From contig JAQWKF010000075.1 in the NCBI GenBank assembly GCA_029247985.1, forward strand, positions 1 through 43,759: a DNA stretch of 43,759 bases, written 5' to 3'. Origin of the DNA: Flavobacteriaceae bacterium. Lineage in GTDB: Bacteria; Bacteroidota; Bacteroidia; Flavobacteriales; Flavobacteriaceae. The translations under genes and the position numbers were made by a program. Shown here piece after piece: positions 1-7,950 of this stretch (position 1 is its first letter; each line of letters begins with the position of its first letter). The notes beneath the pieces are model-generated. The model saw nothing but the letters and a program-made list of their open reading frames with translations. It had not been told where the DNA came from and made no database searches.

Positions 1-86
1 AAAATCTGAAGTGCCTCGTTTTTGGCTCCTTGAGGTTGTATGGAACCTGACAATGGTACACCGCCAGTAACTTTAAAAGCACCCAT
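1..86 (-). CDS. murA: UDP-N-acetylglucosamine 1-carboxyvinyltransferase, N-terminal fragment (runs off window)
   Basis: Reverse-complement translation from the ATG at 86 gives MGAFKVTGGVPLSGSIQPQGAKNEALQI, a typical MurA N-terminus (PQGAKNEALQ). It lies 1 nt downstream of the DUF4290 gene, the usual Bacteroidota arrangement. Confidence 0.75.
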   Translation of the reverse strand, partial: MGAFKVTGGVPLSGSIQPQGAKNEALQI

Positions 87-87
87 T

Positions 88-735
88 TTATTTACGTCGC
101 TGCTTTTGGTTTCGGTAATTCTTATTTTTAGTGTTTCTGGATCCCTTGGCAAAGCGCTTGTTTGTCAAGCGAATTAAGTTTTCCGAAGCAGACAATACCT
201 CGTCTTCCGTATTGATGACAATTTTGCCGTTTGACAGTTCGGCCAAATGACCAAAAATAACTTTGTCTTCAACGGTGTCTTTGTTCCAGTTGAGGAAGCA
301 TTTTTTCATGTGATTCGCAATCACATAGACCAAAGCTTCTTTCAAGTCTCCTTCTTCCCAGTCAACAATTACGTCAATCATGCCCTTAATGTTGTTTCCA
401 TAGAAACGATATTTAGGAAACGATTGCGGATAAGCCAATGGCGTTGGTGGAGCGGCAAGAACTTCAGCATCAGGTTTTGGGAAAGGCGCATCAACATCCA
501 ATTCAAAATTGGACATGATAAAAAGCTGATCCCAAAGTTTGTGCTGAAAATCAGCTACATCTCTTAAGTGTGGGTTTAGATTGCCCATAATACCAATGAT
601 GGCTTGGGCCTGTTTGTTGCGTTCTTCTTTGTTTTCTTCAGCTAAAACTTGCTGAATCATTTTGTGAATGTGGCGGCCATATTCAGGAATGGCTAGCATT
701 GAACGCTCGGTGTTGTATTGAAGATTGTCTATCAA
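88..735 (-). CDS. DUF4290 domain-containing protein
   Basis: 215-aa ORF. The N-terminus (YNTERSMLAIPEYGRHIHKMI ... NKQAQAIIGIMGNLNPHLRD) matches the conserved Bacteroidota DUF4290 pattern found upstream of murA. Confidence 0.85.
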   Translation of the reverse strand: MIDNLQYNTERSMLAIPEYGRHIHKMIQQVLAEENKEERNKQAQAIIGIMGNLNPHLRDVADFQHKLWDQLFIMSNFELDVDAPFPKPDAEVLAAPPTPLAYPQSFPKYRFYGNNIKGMIDVIVDWEEGDLKEALVYVIANHMKKCFLNWNKDTVEDKVIFGHLAELSNGKIVINTEDEVLSASENLIRLTNKRFAKGSRNTKNKNYRNQKQRRK

Positions 736-772
736 GAGGGAAATTTATGAGGTAAAACTAATAAAAAATAAA

Positions 773-1063
773 TTAGAGTTGGATGATGTTTGGGATTTTC
801 GATGCTCGTTTGTGTTTTTGAATGATAATATCGGGGCTTCCAAATTTTCCTGCGATGGAAATACTGGTATATTTTCCCTTGCTAGAAGCCCTAACATTAA
901 CCTCTACTTTTTCGTTTTCAAACAACGCCAACAACGTCGCTTTATTCGAATCTGAAGAGGGAATAATAAATTTAAAGACATAAACACCTGGCCATGTATT
1001 GCTTTCTAATAATTGCTGATGAAAACGCTCGTAAAACGAATCGTCTTTAGAATTTTGTTGCAT
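773..1063 (-). CDS. DUF493 (YbeD-like) family protein
   Basis: The ORF is trimmed to the internal ATG at 1063 (MQQNSKDDSFYERF...). It is small, with a W-P-x-Y-x-FKFI pattern typical of DUF493. The + strand ORF 725..955 is its shadow. Confidence 0.7.
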   Translation of the reverse strand: MQQNSKDDSFYERFHQQLLESNTWPGVYVFKFIIPSSDSNKATLLALFENEKVEVNVRASSKGKYTSISIAGKFGSPDIIIQKHKRASKIPNIIQL

Positions 1064-1112
1064 TAGGCAAATATACAGTTTTAGATAAGGCAACAATTAA
1101 CGACATTTGTGT

Positions 1113-1643
1113 ATGCTTGAACACAAAAGAATCGTGTTGACTGGAGGGCCATCAAGTGGCAAAACGAGTCTAATGAATCACATTCACCATTCAGACATAC
1201 ACTGTTTCGAAGAAGTGTCTAGAGATGTCATAAGCGATGCGCAAGGCAAAGGAGTCGAGCAACCCTTCTTGGACAACCCACTGGCTTTTAGCGAAGCCCT
1301 TTTTGAGCGCCGATTACATGACTATTTTGAGGATACAAAAAACATAAATCATGTTTATGATAGGGGCATACACGATGTTGTAGCTTATCTAAACGCTATT
1401 GGAGATGATGTTCCTTGTGGTATGTTGGAGGATTGCAGCAATTACTTATATGATACCGTTTTTGTATTTCCACCATGGGAAGCGATTTATATACAAGATG
1501 CAGAACGCATAGAGGTATTTGAGCAGGCAAAACATTTTCATAAGGCGCTAGTAGAGACTTATACCGATTTTGGCATGCAATGTATCGAAGTACCAAAAGC
1601 TAGTATTGAAGAAAGACTTCGTTTTATCTCAGATCTGCTATGA
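1113..1643 (+). CDS. AAA-type ATPase (AAA_28 / NadR-like P-loop NTPase)
   Basis: Walker A motif LTGGPSSGKTSL lies near the N-terminus. The ATG at 1113 is preferred over the TTG at 1107. The stop overlaps the next gene's start (ATGA at 1640). Confidence 0.7.
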   Translation: MLEHKRIVLTGGPSSGKTSLMNHIHHSDIHCFEEVSRDVISDAQGKGVEQPFLDNPLAFSEALFERRLHDYFEDTKNINHVYDRGIHDVVAYLNAIGDDVPCGMLEDCSNYLYDTVFVFPPWEAIYIQDAERIEVFEQAKHFHKALVETYTDFGMQCIEVPKASIEERLRFISDLL

Positions 1644-3493
1644 AAAATAACATATATGATGTGTTAAAAAGCCATTGGAATGTCTTGGAATTTCGCCAAG
1701 GACAAAAAGAAGCCATAACTGCCGTTTTAGACGCAAAAGACTGCCTCGTTGTATTGCCAACAGGCGGTGGCAAAAGTTTGTGCTACCAATTGCCAGCCCT
1801 TACAAAAACAGGTGTATGTGTTGTTATAAGTCCATTGATAGCCCTTATGAGCGGTCAAGTTGAAAGCCTTAAGAAAAAGGGGGTTCGCGCCATGAACCTG
1901 TCCGGCCCTATGCGCGAAGATGACCTAGTTACTGCACTAGACAATTGTAAATTTGGTGAATTTAAATTTTTATACCTATCACCCGAACGGGCGCAACACC
2001 CATTAGTTCAAGATCGGTTATCTGAAATGCAAGTCAGTCTGCTGGCCATTGACGAAGCCCACTGCATTTCAGAATGGGGACATGACTTCAGACCTACTTA
2101 CCGGGAAATTATAAGATTAAAAAACAGACTCCACAACACACCAACAATTGCCCTAACCGCAACGGCTACCAAAAGAGTTAAAGAAGATATTTGCAGCGTA
2201 CTTGAGCTAGCAAAACCCGTGCAAATAACAGATTCGTTTGATAGAAAAAATATTGAAATTAGGGTACTTAGAACTGCGAATAAGCTAGAAGCCATTTCAG
2301 AAGCACTAGCACCAAAAGGAACGCCTGCAATTGTGTATGCCGGAACAAGAAAAAGCGTTGAACTTTTAAGCAATCACTTAAACAATATGGGGCATCAGAC
2401 TGGTTTTTTCCACGGAGGTGTATTAACTAAAGAAAAACGTATCTCAAATTGGATGCAAGAAAAAACACCTGTCATGGTAGCCACTTCGGCATTCGGCATG
2501 GGGATTGACAAGGCAAATATACAACGCGTTGTTCACGCCACGCTTCCCTTTAGTATGGAGCAATACTATCAAGAAATTGGACGTTGTGGTAGAGACGGAG
2601 GTGCCGCAAAAGCCACCTTGCTTGTTGAAGATGGAGATGACCAAAAGCTGTGGAACAGCACAACCATTAGTATCCCAAGCGCTACGGTCATAAAGAAAAC
2701 ATACAAGCACCTATGCCATTATTTTGACATCGCCTATGGCGAAAAACCAAATGATATTTTGGTGTTTAATCACGCTCTTTTTTGTGAACGCTATGGATTA
2801 AAGCTCAGAACCACCTATCATGTACTCAAAGTATTGGAGCGTGGGCAGTTACTTACACTTACTCAGTATGACAAACCAAAAACTACCTTAAAATTACTGC
2901 ACAAACACTTAAAGCAAGAGCATATATTGGTGGATTATTTATTGCGAAACATAGGTGGTATTACTGAACGCTTTCAAGACATCAGCTTAGACAATATAGC
3001 AATGAAAAGCGGCGTGGGTTTACGCAATGCTATCGCGTGCCTAAAGCAATTAGAAAAACAAGGAGATGCAGAAGTACAACAACTCCATGCAGATAGTGGG
3101 ATTACGTTTCATGCTCCCAGAGAAGATAGCATAAGCTTAATGCCTGTATTCCATCAATTAAATGCAATTATGAAAGAAAAAAAGCGTTTGACTGGTGCCG
3201 TTTGGGAATACGTAACTGCCAATACTTGCTATCGAAAAAAATTATTGAATTACTTTGGTGAGACCCATAAAAAATATTGTGGCAAGTGCTCTAACTGTTT
3301 AGATAAAAAAAGTCCAACAGCCAAAACAATCCGATACCTAATAAAAACACTCTCCTCTGAAGATACACTATCTTTGGAACAGTTATGTGAGGTTGCGCCA
3401 TTTGACAGAGTACAGCTGGCGCTGGCCCTAGACGAAATGTGTGCTGAAGAAATGGTAATACAAGAAATACCAAACCAATACAAGCTGATATGA
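1640..3493 (+). CDS. RecQ-family ATP-dependent DNA helicase (short, non-canonical domain order)
   Basis: Helicase motifs are present: LPTGGGKSLCYQLPA (motif I), DEAHCISEWGHDFRP (DEAH box), LTATAT and GRCGRDG. A four-Cys zinc motif CYRKKLLNYFGE..CGKCSNC sits near the C-terminus. Confidence 0.9.
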   Translation: MKNNIYDVLKSHWNVLEFRQGQKEAITAVLDAKDCLVVLPTGGGKSLCYQLPALTKTGVCVVISPLIALMSGQVESLKKKGVRAMNLSGPMREDDLVTALDNCKFGEFKFLYLSPERAQHPLVQDRLSEMQVSLLAIDEAHCISEWGHDFRPTYREIIRLKNRLHNTPTIALTATATKRVKEDICSVLELAKPVQITDSFDRKNIEIRVLRTANKLEAISEALAPKGTPAIVYAGTRKSVELLSNHLNNMGHQTGFFHGGVLTKEKRISNWMQEKTPVMVATSAFGMGIDKANIQRVVHATLPFSMEQYYQEIGRCGRDGGAAKATLLVEDGDDQKLWNSTTISIPSATVIKKTYKHLCHYFDIAYGEKPNDILVFNHALFCERYGLKLRTTYHVLKVLERGQLLTLTQYDKPKTTLKLLHKHLKQEHILVDYLLRNIGGITERFQDISLDNIAMKSGVGLRNAIACLKQLEKQGDAEVQQLHADSGITFHAPREDSISLMPVFHQLNAIMKEKKRLTGAVWEYVTANTCYRKKLLNYFGETHKKYCGKCSNCLDKKSPTAKTIRYLIKTLSSEDTLSLEQLCEVAPFDRVQLALALDEMCAEEMVIQEIPNQYKLI

Positions 3494-4443
3494 GTAAATC
3501 CTTACGTGTTGTTTTTATGGGAACTCCCGCTTTTGCGGTGTCTGGACTTCAGAGCATAGTGGAAAGCCAGCACAAGCTTGTTGGTATTGTTACCGCACCT
3601 GATCGCCCCGCTGGACGTGGAAAAAAAATGCGGTACTCAGCTGTAAAAGATGTCGCACTTGAATACAATATTCCGCTTTATCAACCTGAAAAACTATCAT
3701 CACTGGAAACGGTTACGCAACTTGCCGCATTGAATGCAGATGTTTTTGTTGTTGTTGCCTTTAGAATGTTGCCAAAAGTAATTTGGGAGTTACCAAAATT
3801 AGGGACTTTTAACTTACACGCATCTCTCCTACCCCAGTATCGAGGTGCTGCGCCCATACATTGGTCCATAATAAATGGGGAGCAAGCATCTGGACTCACA
3901 ACCTTTTTAATTGATGATAAAATTGACACAGGTGCCATTTTACTTCAAAAAAAGCTGGATATATTACCTGAAGATACCATGGGCATATTAAGTGAACGTA
4001 TGCAAACTCACGCTGGCGAACTGATCATCGCTACTCTAGATGGATTGGCATCGGGAACCCTAAAGCCCATACCGCAGGAAGAAACAGAAACCATAAAGGC
4101 AGCGCCAAAGCTAAAAAGGGAGAATACCCAAATTGACTGGTGTCAGCCGGGGCAACACATCGTGCAATTTATCCGTGGACTAAATCCATTTCCAACAGCA
4201 TGGACTTTGATGGAAAATAATGCGGAAACCATACAGGTAAAAATCCATGACGCACACTTTGTTTCAGAAACACCCAAGGAAAAGCCTGGACACATTACAG
4301 TAAAAAACAAGGAACTTTACGTAAGTGTTGCAGACGGATATATTTATATAAATAAGCTGCAATTACCTAACAAAAAAAGTATGGAAACTAGAGCATTATT
4401 AAATGGGTTTATGTTTTCCACAACTGCTCGTTTTATATCATGA
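3490..4443 (+). CDS. fmt: methionyl-tRNA formyltransferase
   Basis: VVFMGTPAFAV N-terminus and the HASLLPQYRGAAPI signature. The ATGA overlap with the upstream gene suggests translational coupling. Confidence 0.95.
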   Translation: MSKSLRVVFMGTPAFAVSGLQSIVESQHKLVGIVTAPDRPAGRGKKMRYSAVKDVALEYNIPLYQPEKLSSLETVTQLAALNADVFVVVAFRMLPKVIWELPKLGTFNLHASLLPQYRGAAPIHWSIINGEQASGLTTFLIDDKIDTGAILLQKKLDILPEDTMGILSERMQTHAGELIIATLDGLASGTLKPIPQEETETIKAAPKLKRENTQIDWCQPGQHIVQFIRGLNPFPTAWTLMENNAETIQVKIHDAHFVSETPKEKPGHITVKNKELYVSVADGYIYINKLQLPNKKSMETRALLNGFMFSTTARFIS

Positions 4444-4970
4444 TTGGGAAATTACTTATTGCGCATCCATCTCTTCTAGGGGACCCCGCATTTGGCAGAA
4501 GCGTGATTCTTATGGCAGATCACAATAATGACAGTTCGTTGGGTTTTGTTGTAAACCAACCCACCCATTACAGTTTAAATGAATTGATTCCTGAGCTAAC
4601 CATAGACTTGCCCATTTATCAAGGTGGACCCGTAGATACCGATAGCTTGTTTTACATACATACCCTGAAAGATTTGCCCAATGCTCAAGCCATTGGAAAC
4701 AACTTGTTTTGGGGTGGTGACTTGGAGACACTTCAAGAAGCAATAATCAAGAAAAAAATAGCTCCTCATCAGCTACGGTTTTTTTTGGGATATAGCGGAT
4801 GGGGCAAAGGGCAACTACGACAGGAATACAATGAAAAAAGCTGGCTGTTGATTAAAAACAGCTATAATATTTTTGAGAAGGAGGAGCAGCTTTGGGGAAA
4901 CATCATGCGAGACTTGGGAGGTGAATACGCCTTATATGCTACTGCACCTAAGCATCCTGGCTTGAATTAA
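4440..4970 (+). CDS. YqgE/AlgH family protein (UPF0301)
   Basis: GKLLIAHPSLLGDPAFGRSVILMADHN..SLGFVVNQP is the family N-terminal signature. There is an ATGA overlap with fmt. Confidence 0.85.
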   Translation: MIGKLLIAHPSLLGDPAFGRSVILMADHNNDSSLGFVVNQPTHYSLNELIPELTIDLPIYQGGPVDTDSLFYIHTLKDLPNAQAIGNNLFWGGDLETLQEAIIKKKIAPHQLRFFLGYSGWGKGQLRQEYNEKSWLLIKNSYNIFEKEEQLWGNIMRDLGGEYALYATAPKHPGLN

Positions 4971-5796
4971 CCCAATCAAAAAGTCCTTGTTGAAGTTTTT
5001 GGCTTATGGACTTTTCATACGTTGTCCTGCGATAGCTACTAACTGGTTGAATTCCAACAATTGCATTGGTCATAAAGAGTTCTTGCACTCGCTGTAAGTC
5101 AAAAGGCGAAATGGGCTCTTCCACACAAGAAACTTCTAATTTTTTAGCAATTCGTATGATTTGCTTGCGCATAATGCCATCCAAACATCCAGAAGTTATA
5201 GGCGGTGTAAGAAGTTTTCCATCTTCTACGACAAAAAGATTGCCATTGAGAAATTCAACAACTTCCTTTTCATCATTAACCAATATACCATTATCAAAGC
5301 CTTGTTCTTGCATAAAAATACTACCGATAACTTGCAATGCTTTGTTGTTAGACTTGAGGTTTGATAACATACTTTTTTGCAAATAGTAGTCGTTAAACAA
5401 CTCAACTTTATATGTTTCAGCAGCCAAGTAATATGCTGAGTCAAGTGCTTTAGCTTCTATTACATAACCAACTTCTCTTGTGTTTGGCAAATAAGCACCC
5501 CCATCTTTTCGATAAACGGTCAAACGGATACGCCATGCTGCTGCTATTTCACTTTGGGCTTCTATCACGCGCAAACACTCTTGCTCCAGAAACTCTGGGG
5601 TAAAGGTCATCGGTATGTCCATGCGAAAAATACGCATCGCAGCCATAAGCCTAAAATAGTGGTCTTCCCAAAAATGAATATGGTCTTGGCTGTAGCGCAA
5701 AGTTTCAAAGACTGCATCTCCGTAAAGCAAACCACGATTGTGTACTGTAAAAACAGGCGACTGAGTTGAAGTAAGCGCGCCGTTATGGTTTATCAT
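4948..5796 (-). CDS. aminotransferase class IV (branched-chain aminotransferase / aminodeoxychorismate lyase-like)
   Basis: 282 aa. LLYGDAVFETLR near the N-terminus and a fold-type IV length and pattern (GILVNDE..., TPP...GCLDGIMR). Confidence 0.8.
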   Translation of the reverse strand: MINHNGALTSTQSPVFTVHNRGLLYGDAVFETLRYSQDHIHFWEDHYFRLMAAMRIFRMDIPMTFTPEFLEQECLRVIEAQSEIAAAWRIRLTVYRKDGGAYLPNTREVGYVIEAKALDSAYYLAAETYKVELFNDYYLQKSMLSNLKSNNKALQVIGSIFMQEQGFDNGILVNDEKEVVEFLNGNLFVVEDGKLLTPPITSGCLDGIMRKQIIRIAKKLEVSCVEEPISPFDLQRVQELFMTNAIVGIQPVSSYRRTTYEKSISQKLQQGLFDWVNSSQDA

Positions 5797-5797
5797 A

Positions 5798-6187
5798 TTA
5801 CGAAGAACCTAAAACTTGTTTTAAATCACCTATTTGGCTTTCCCAAAGCATTTTGGTTTCTTCAACTTCATCTTCATCGGCAAAATCCGTAACCACCACA
5901 GAAACGTCCTTGGTGATTTCATCTACCACGATGCGCATTTCAAAGTAACAATCGTCCTGATCATCATCGCCGTTTAACCAGCGAAAGCGAACAAATTCAT
6001 TTGCCTTCTTTTTGAGAAGAAGTGCCTCTTCTTCAGAGTCATCCCAAAAAAAGGTATATTTCTCTGTTCGTGCATTGACATTGTCAGCAAACCATTCTGA
6101 GAGACCAGATGGGGTGTGCATGTACTGATAGAGAAGCTGCGGGGAGGCTTGAATAACAAATTCAATCTCGAATTGTATTTTTGACAT
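5798..6187 (-). CDS. START-like / SRPBCC (AHSA1-type) domain protein
   Basis: The ORF is trimmed to the ATG at 6187 (MSKIQFEIEF...). SPQLLYQYMHTPSGLSEWFAD is typical of the Bacteroidota START-like family. It ends 1 nt before the downstream gene. Confidence 0.65.
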   Translation of the reverse strand: MSKIQFEIEFVIQASPQLLYQYMHTPSGLSEWFADNVNARTEKYTFFWDDSEEEALLLKKKANEFVRFRWLNGDDDQDDCYFEMRIVVDEITKDVSVVVTDFADEDEVEETKMLWESQIGDLKQVLGSS

Positions 6188-6274
6188 AAGTAATAAAATG
6201 TCCAATATATAGATTTATGATGACCTTTAAAAGAAATGATTGAAAAACCAAGATAAAATGGAAAAACAAATTGT

Positions 6275-6282
6275 TATATTTG
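6275..6282 (+). promoter_or_regulatory. Bacteroidota-type -7 promoter box upstream of tRNA-Met
   Basis: TATATTTG matches the TAnnTTTG -7 consensus exactly and ends 9 nt before the predicted tRNA 5' end. No well-spaced -33 TTTG was found. Confidence 0.4.
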
Positions 6283-6291
6283 CGCCGTTTT

Positions 6292-6365
6292 GGCGAGGTA
6301 GCTCAGCCGGTTAGAGCGTCGGATTCATAACCCGGAGGTCGGGAGTTCAAGTCTCCCTCTCGCTA
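6292..6365 (+). tRNA. tRNA-Met (anticodon CAU); a lysidine-modified tRNA-Ile2 cannot be excluded
   Basis: Hand-folded cloverleaf. Acceptor GGCGAGG pairs with TCTCGCT, with G-U pairs at both ends. D-arm is GCTCAGCCGGTTAGAGC. The anticodon loop TTCATAA carries CAT. T-arm is GGGAG-TTCAAGT-CTCCC. Length is 74 nt. Confidence 0.9.
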
Positions 6366-6367
6366 CT

Positions 6368-6394
6368 AAAAACCCTCTTTATGAGGGTTTTTTT
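6368..6394 (+). terminator. Rho-independent terminator after the tRNA
   Basis: AAAAACCCTC-TTTAT-GAGGGTTTTTTT: a GC-containing stem followed by a T-run, directly 3' of the tRNA. Confidence 0.75.
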
Positions 6395-6496
6395 GGATTT
6401 TGGTTAAGCCAATACCCGTCAGACAACTCCAAAGCAAAACAAACACCACCTAGGAATCCTTCAACGAAGGCAACGCTCAATTAATTTAAAGATTAG

Positions 6497-6525
6497 TTAA
6501 AACTTTTTTACTTTTATTAGGTCTA
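6497..6525 (+). promoter_or_regulatory. candidate ECF-sigma-dependent promoter (autoregulatory copy)
   Basis: TAAAACTTTTTTACTTTTATTAGGTCTAA has an AAAC -35-like element and a GGTCTAA -10-like element separated by 16 nt. It ends 17 nt before the sigma factor's TTG start. A near-identical copy lies at 7397..7425. Confidence 0.55.
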
Positions 6526-6542
6526 ATGACTAAAGATGCGTC

Positions 6543-7085
6543 TTGCAGCAGGAAAACCACATCATTGATCAACTTAAAAACAAGCAGTATGATAGGGCGG
6601 TTAGTGCCATTTCAGAACTGTATCACGAGATGCTCTATTGGCACATACGAAAACTTGTCAGGAAGCATCAAGATGCCGATGATGTGCTTCAAAATACCTA
6701 CATCAGAATTTTTAAGGGATTAAAATCTTTTAAATTTCGAAGTAGTGTTAAAACCTGGTGTTTTCGAATTGCGTATAACGAGTCTATGAGGTTACTCCAA
6801 AAGCAACAGAAACAAGAGTACACCAATGGCGAAGGGGATTTAACAGATCATCTAAACAAACTCACTGCTGATCCCTATTTTGATCTAGACTCTGTAAGCT
6901 ATGCCTTTCATGAATCTTTGCTTAAACTCCCTGAAAAGCAACAACGCATTTTTCAAATGAAATATTTTGACGAACTCACATTTGATGAAATCGCTGAAAT
7001 CACAACATGGAATAAAAATTCCATAAAAACAGCATTCTATGCTGCCAAAGAAAAAATTATAATTCATGTAAAAGCAACCGTATGA
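6543..7085 (+). CDS. RNA polymerase sigma-70 family ECF sigma factor
   Basis: Region 2 (DADDVLQNTYIRIFKGLKSFKFRSSVKTWCFRIAYNESMRLL) and region 4 (LPEKQQRIFQMKYFDELTFDEIAEIT) are both present. There is no in-frame ATG before codon 29, so the TTG at 6543 (the track's start) is accepted; no upstream stop was checked. Confidence 0.9.
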   Translation: MQQENHIIDQLKNKQYDRAVSAISELYHEMLYWHIRKLVRKHQDADDVLQNTYIRIFKGLKSFKFRSSVKTWCFRIAYNESMRLLQKQQKQEYTNGEGDLTDHLNKLTADPYFDLDSVSYAFHESLLKLPEKQQRIFQMKYFDELTFDEIAEITTWNKNSIKTAFYAAKEKIIIHVKATV

Positions 7086-7396
7086 ATTCGAAACATATAC
7101 ATAAAGAACAACTGGGCTACGAAGTGCCCGAAGGCTACTTTGAGTCTTCAAAAAGAGATATGCTACATTTCTTGCATAAAGAAGAAAAAAAGACATCTGT
7201 CTTTTTTGGCACGAAGACCATACTCGCCTCTGCTGTACTTGGCATTATGGCATTTGTGTTCTTATTGAATCAAAAGCAACAACTCACCAATTACGAAATA
7301 AATACATTTGAGGAGCTAACCATTGAATCTTTAGAAGTGAGTGACGAAGCTTTTGATGATTGGTTCGATGAAAAATTTGTTTTTAGCGAGGTCTAA
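7082..7396 (+). CDS. putative single-pass anti-sigma factor
   Basis: ATGA overlap with the sigma gene. 104 aa with one central hydrophobic helix (ILASAVLGIMAFVFLL) and an acidic C-terminal tail. No HxxxCxxC zinc motif. The assignment rests on position and topology only. Confidence 0.5.
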   Translation: MNSKHIHKEQLGYEVPEGYFESSKRDMLHFLHKEEKKTSVFFGTKTILASAVLGIMAFVFLLNQKQQLTNYEINTFEELTIESLEVSDEAFDDWFDEKFVFSEV

Positions 7397-7425
7397 TAAA
7401 ACTTTTTACAAAACAGCAGGTCTAA
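7397..7425 (+). promoter_or_regulatory. candidate ECF-sigma-dependent promoter (target copy)
   Basis: TAAAACTTTTTACAAAACAGCAGGTCTAA shares an 11-nt block and an 8-nt block with 6497..6525 in the same register (AAAC-N16-GGTCTAA). It ends 25 nt before the ATG at 7451. Confidence 0.55.
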
Positions 7426-7450
7426 AGATCAAACACAAAAAAATAGAAAA

Positions 7451-7918
7451 ATGAAAACAGCTAAAATCACCCTTATACTTGCTGCAATGGCCGTTGGTCA
7501 GTTCGCAGTAGCACAAGACAGAGCACAGGAAAAAGAAAAAATCTACACCCCTGAGCAGATTGAAATGTTAAAAGCACAAAAAGCTGCAGTGAAAGAAAAT
7601 CGCGAAGAATTTAAAAGTTCACTTACCGATGAGCAACTTGCTATTATGCAGAACAAAGAGCTTAGCAAAGAAGAACGTAGAGAAGCACTAAGTGCAAGTT
7701 TTTCTGATGCGCAAAAAGCGATGATGGAAGCCAATCGCAGTGAAATTAAAGCCTTAAGAGATGCTTTCCGCGCAACCATTACAGACGAACAAAAACAGGT
7801 GATGAAAGAGCGCAGAAAAAAAATAAAAAAGCGCTTAGTAAATATGAAAGACCGCAAGGAACAGCTTAAAGAACGAAAAGAAAATATTAAAGAGAGAAGG
7901 AAAAAGAAAAAAGGATGA
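7451..7918 (+). CDS. secreted Spy/CpxP-like (LTXXQ-type) periplasmic protein with a polybasic tail
   Basis: Signal peptide MKTAKITLILAAMAVGQFAVAQ. Four T/S-x-E/A-Q-x3-M repeats (YTPEQIEML, LTDEQLAIM, FSDAQKAMM, ITDEQKQVM). Lys/Arg-rich C-terminus. Confidence 0.65.
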   Translation: MKTAKITLILAAMAVGQFAVAQDRAQEKEKIYTPEQIEMLKAQKAAVKENREEFKSSLTDEQLAIMQNKELSKEERREALSASFSDAQKAMMEANRSEIKALRDAFRATITDEQKQVMKERRKKIKKRLVNMKDRKEQLKERKENIKERRKKKKG

Positions 7919-7950
7919 GAATGGGGGCTTTGCCCCTATTATCTATTTTA

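Noticed and set aside
247-567. A 106-aa + strand ORF inside the DUF4290 gene. Similar antisense ORFs occur at 2098..2373, 5066..5386, 7543..7857, 10291..10632, 19255..19635, 23036..23332, 28316..28777, 31781..32134, 37357..37791 and 41749..42102.
   Set aside because: Each lies entirely within a longer opposite-strand or other-frame ORF that carries clear family motifs. Their products are low-complexity and lack recognisable motifs, as expected for shadow ORFs in AT-rich DNA.
1113-3493. The P-loop ATPase plus helicase pair as a possible anti-phage defence system.
   Set aside because: Both genes are translationally chained to the core genes fmt and yqgE. They show no nuclease, methylase or other effector domain, and their composition is host-like. 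This fits a conserved housekeeping operon better than a defence island.
6526-6723. An ATG-initiated 65-aa ORF overlapping the 5' end of the ECF sigma gene in another frame.
   Set aside because: The overlapping frame starting at the TTG at 6543 encodes complete sigma-70 regions 2 and 4. The 65-aa product has no recognisable features.
7390-7396. A third GGTCTAA copy just upstream of the second ECF-type promoter.
   Set aside because: It is formed by the last codons and stop of the anti-sigma gene (GAG GTC TAA). The sequence 16 nt upstream (GAAA at 7370-7373, running into AAAAATTT) does not reproduce the AAAC block, so it is probably coincidental.
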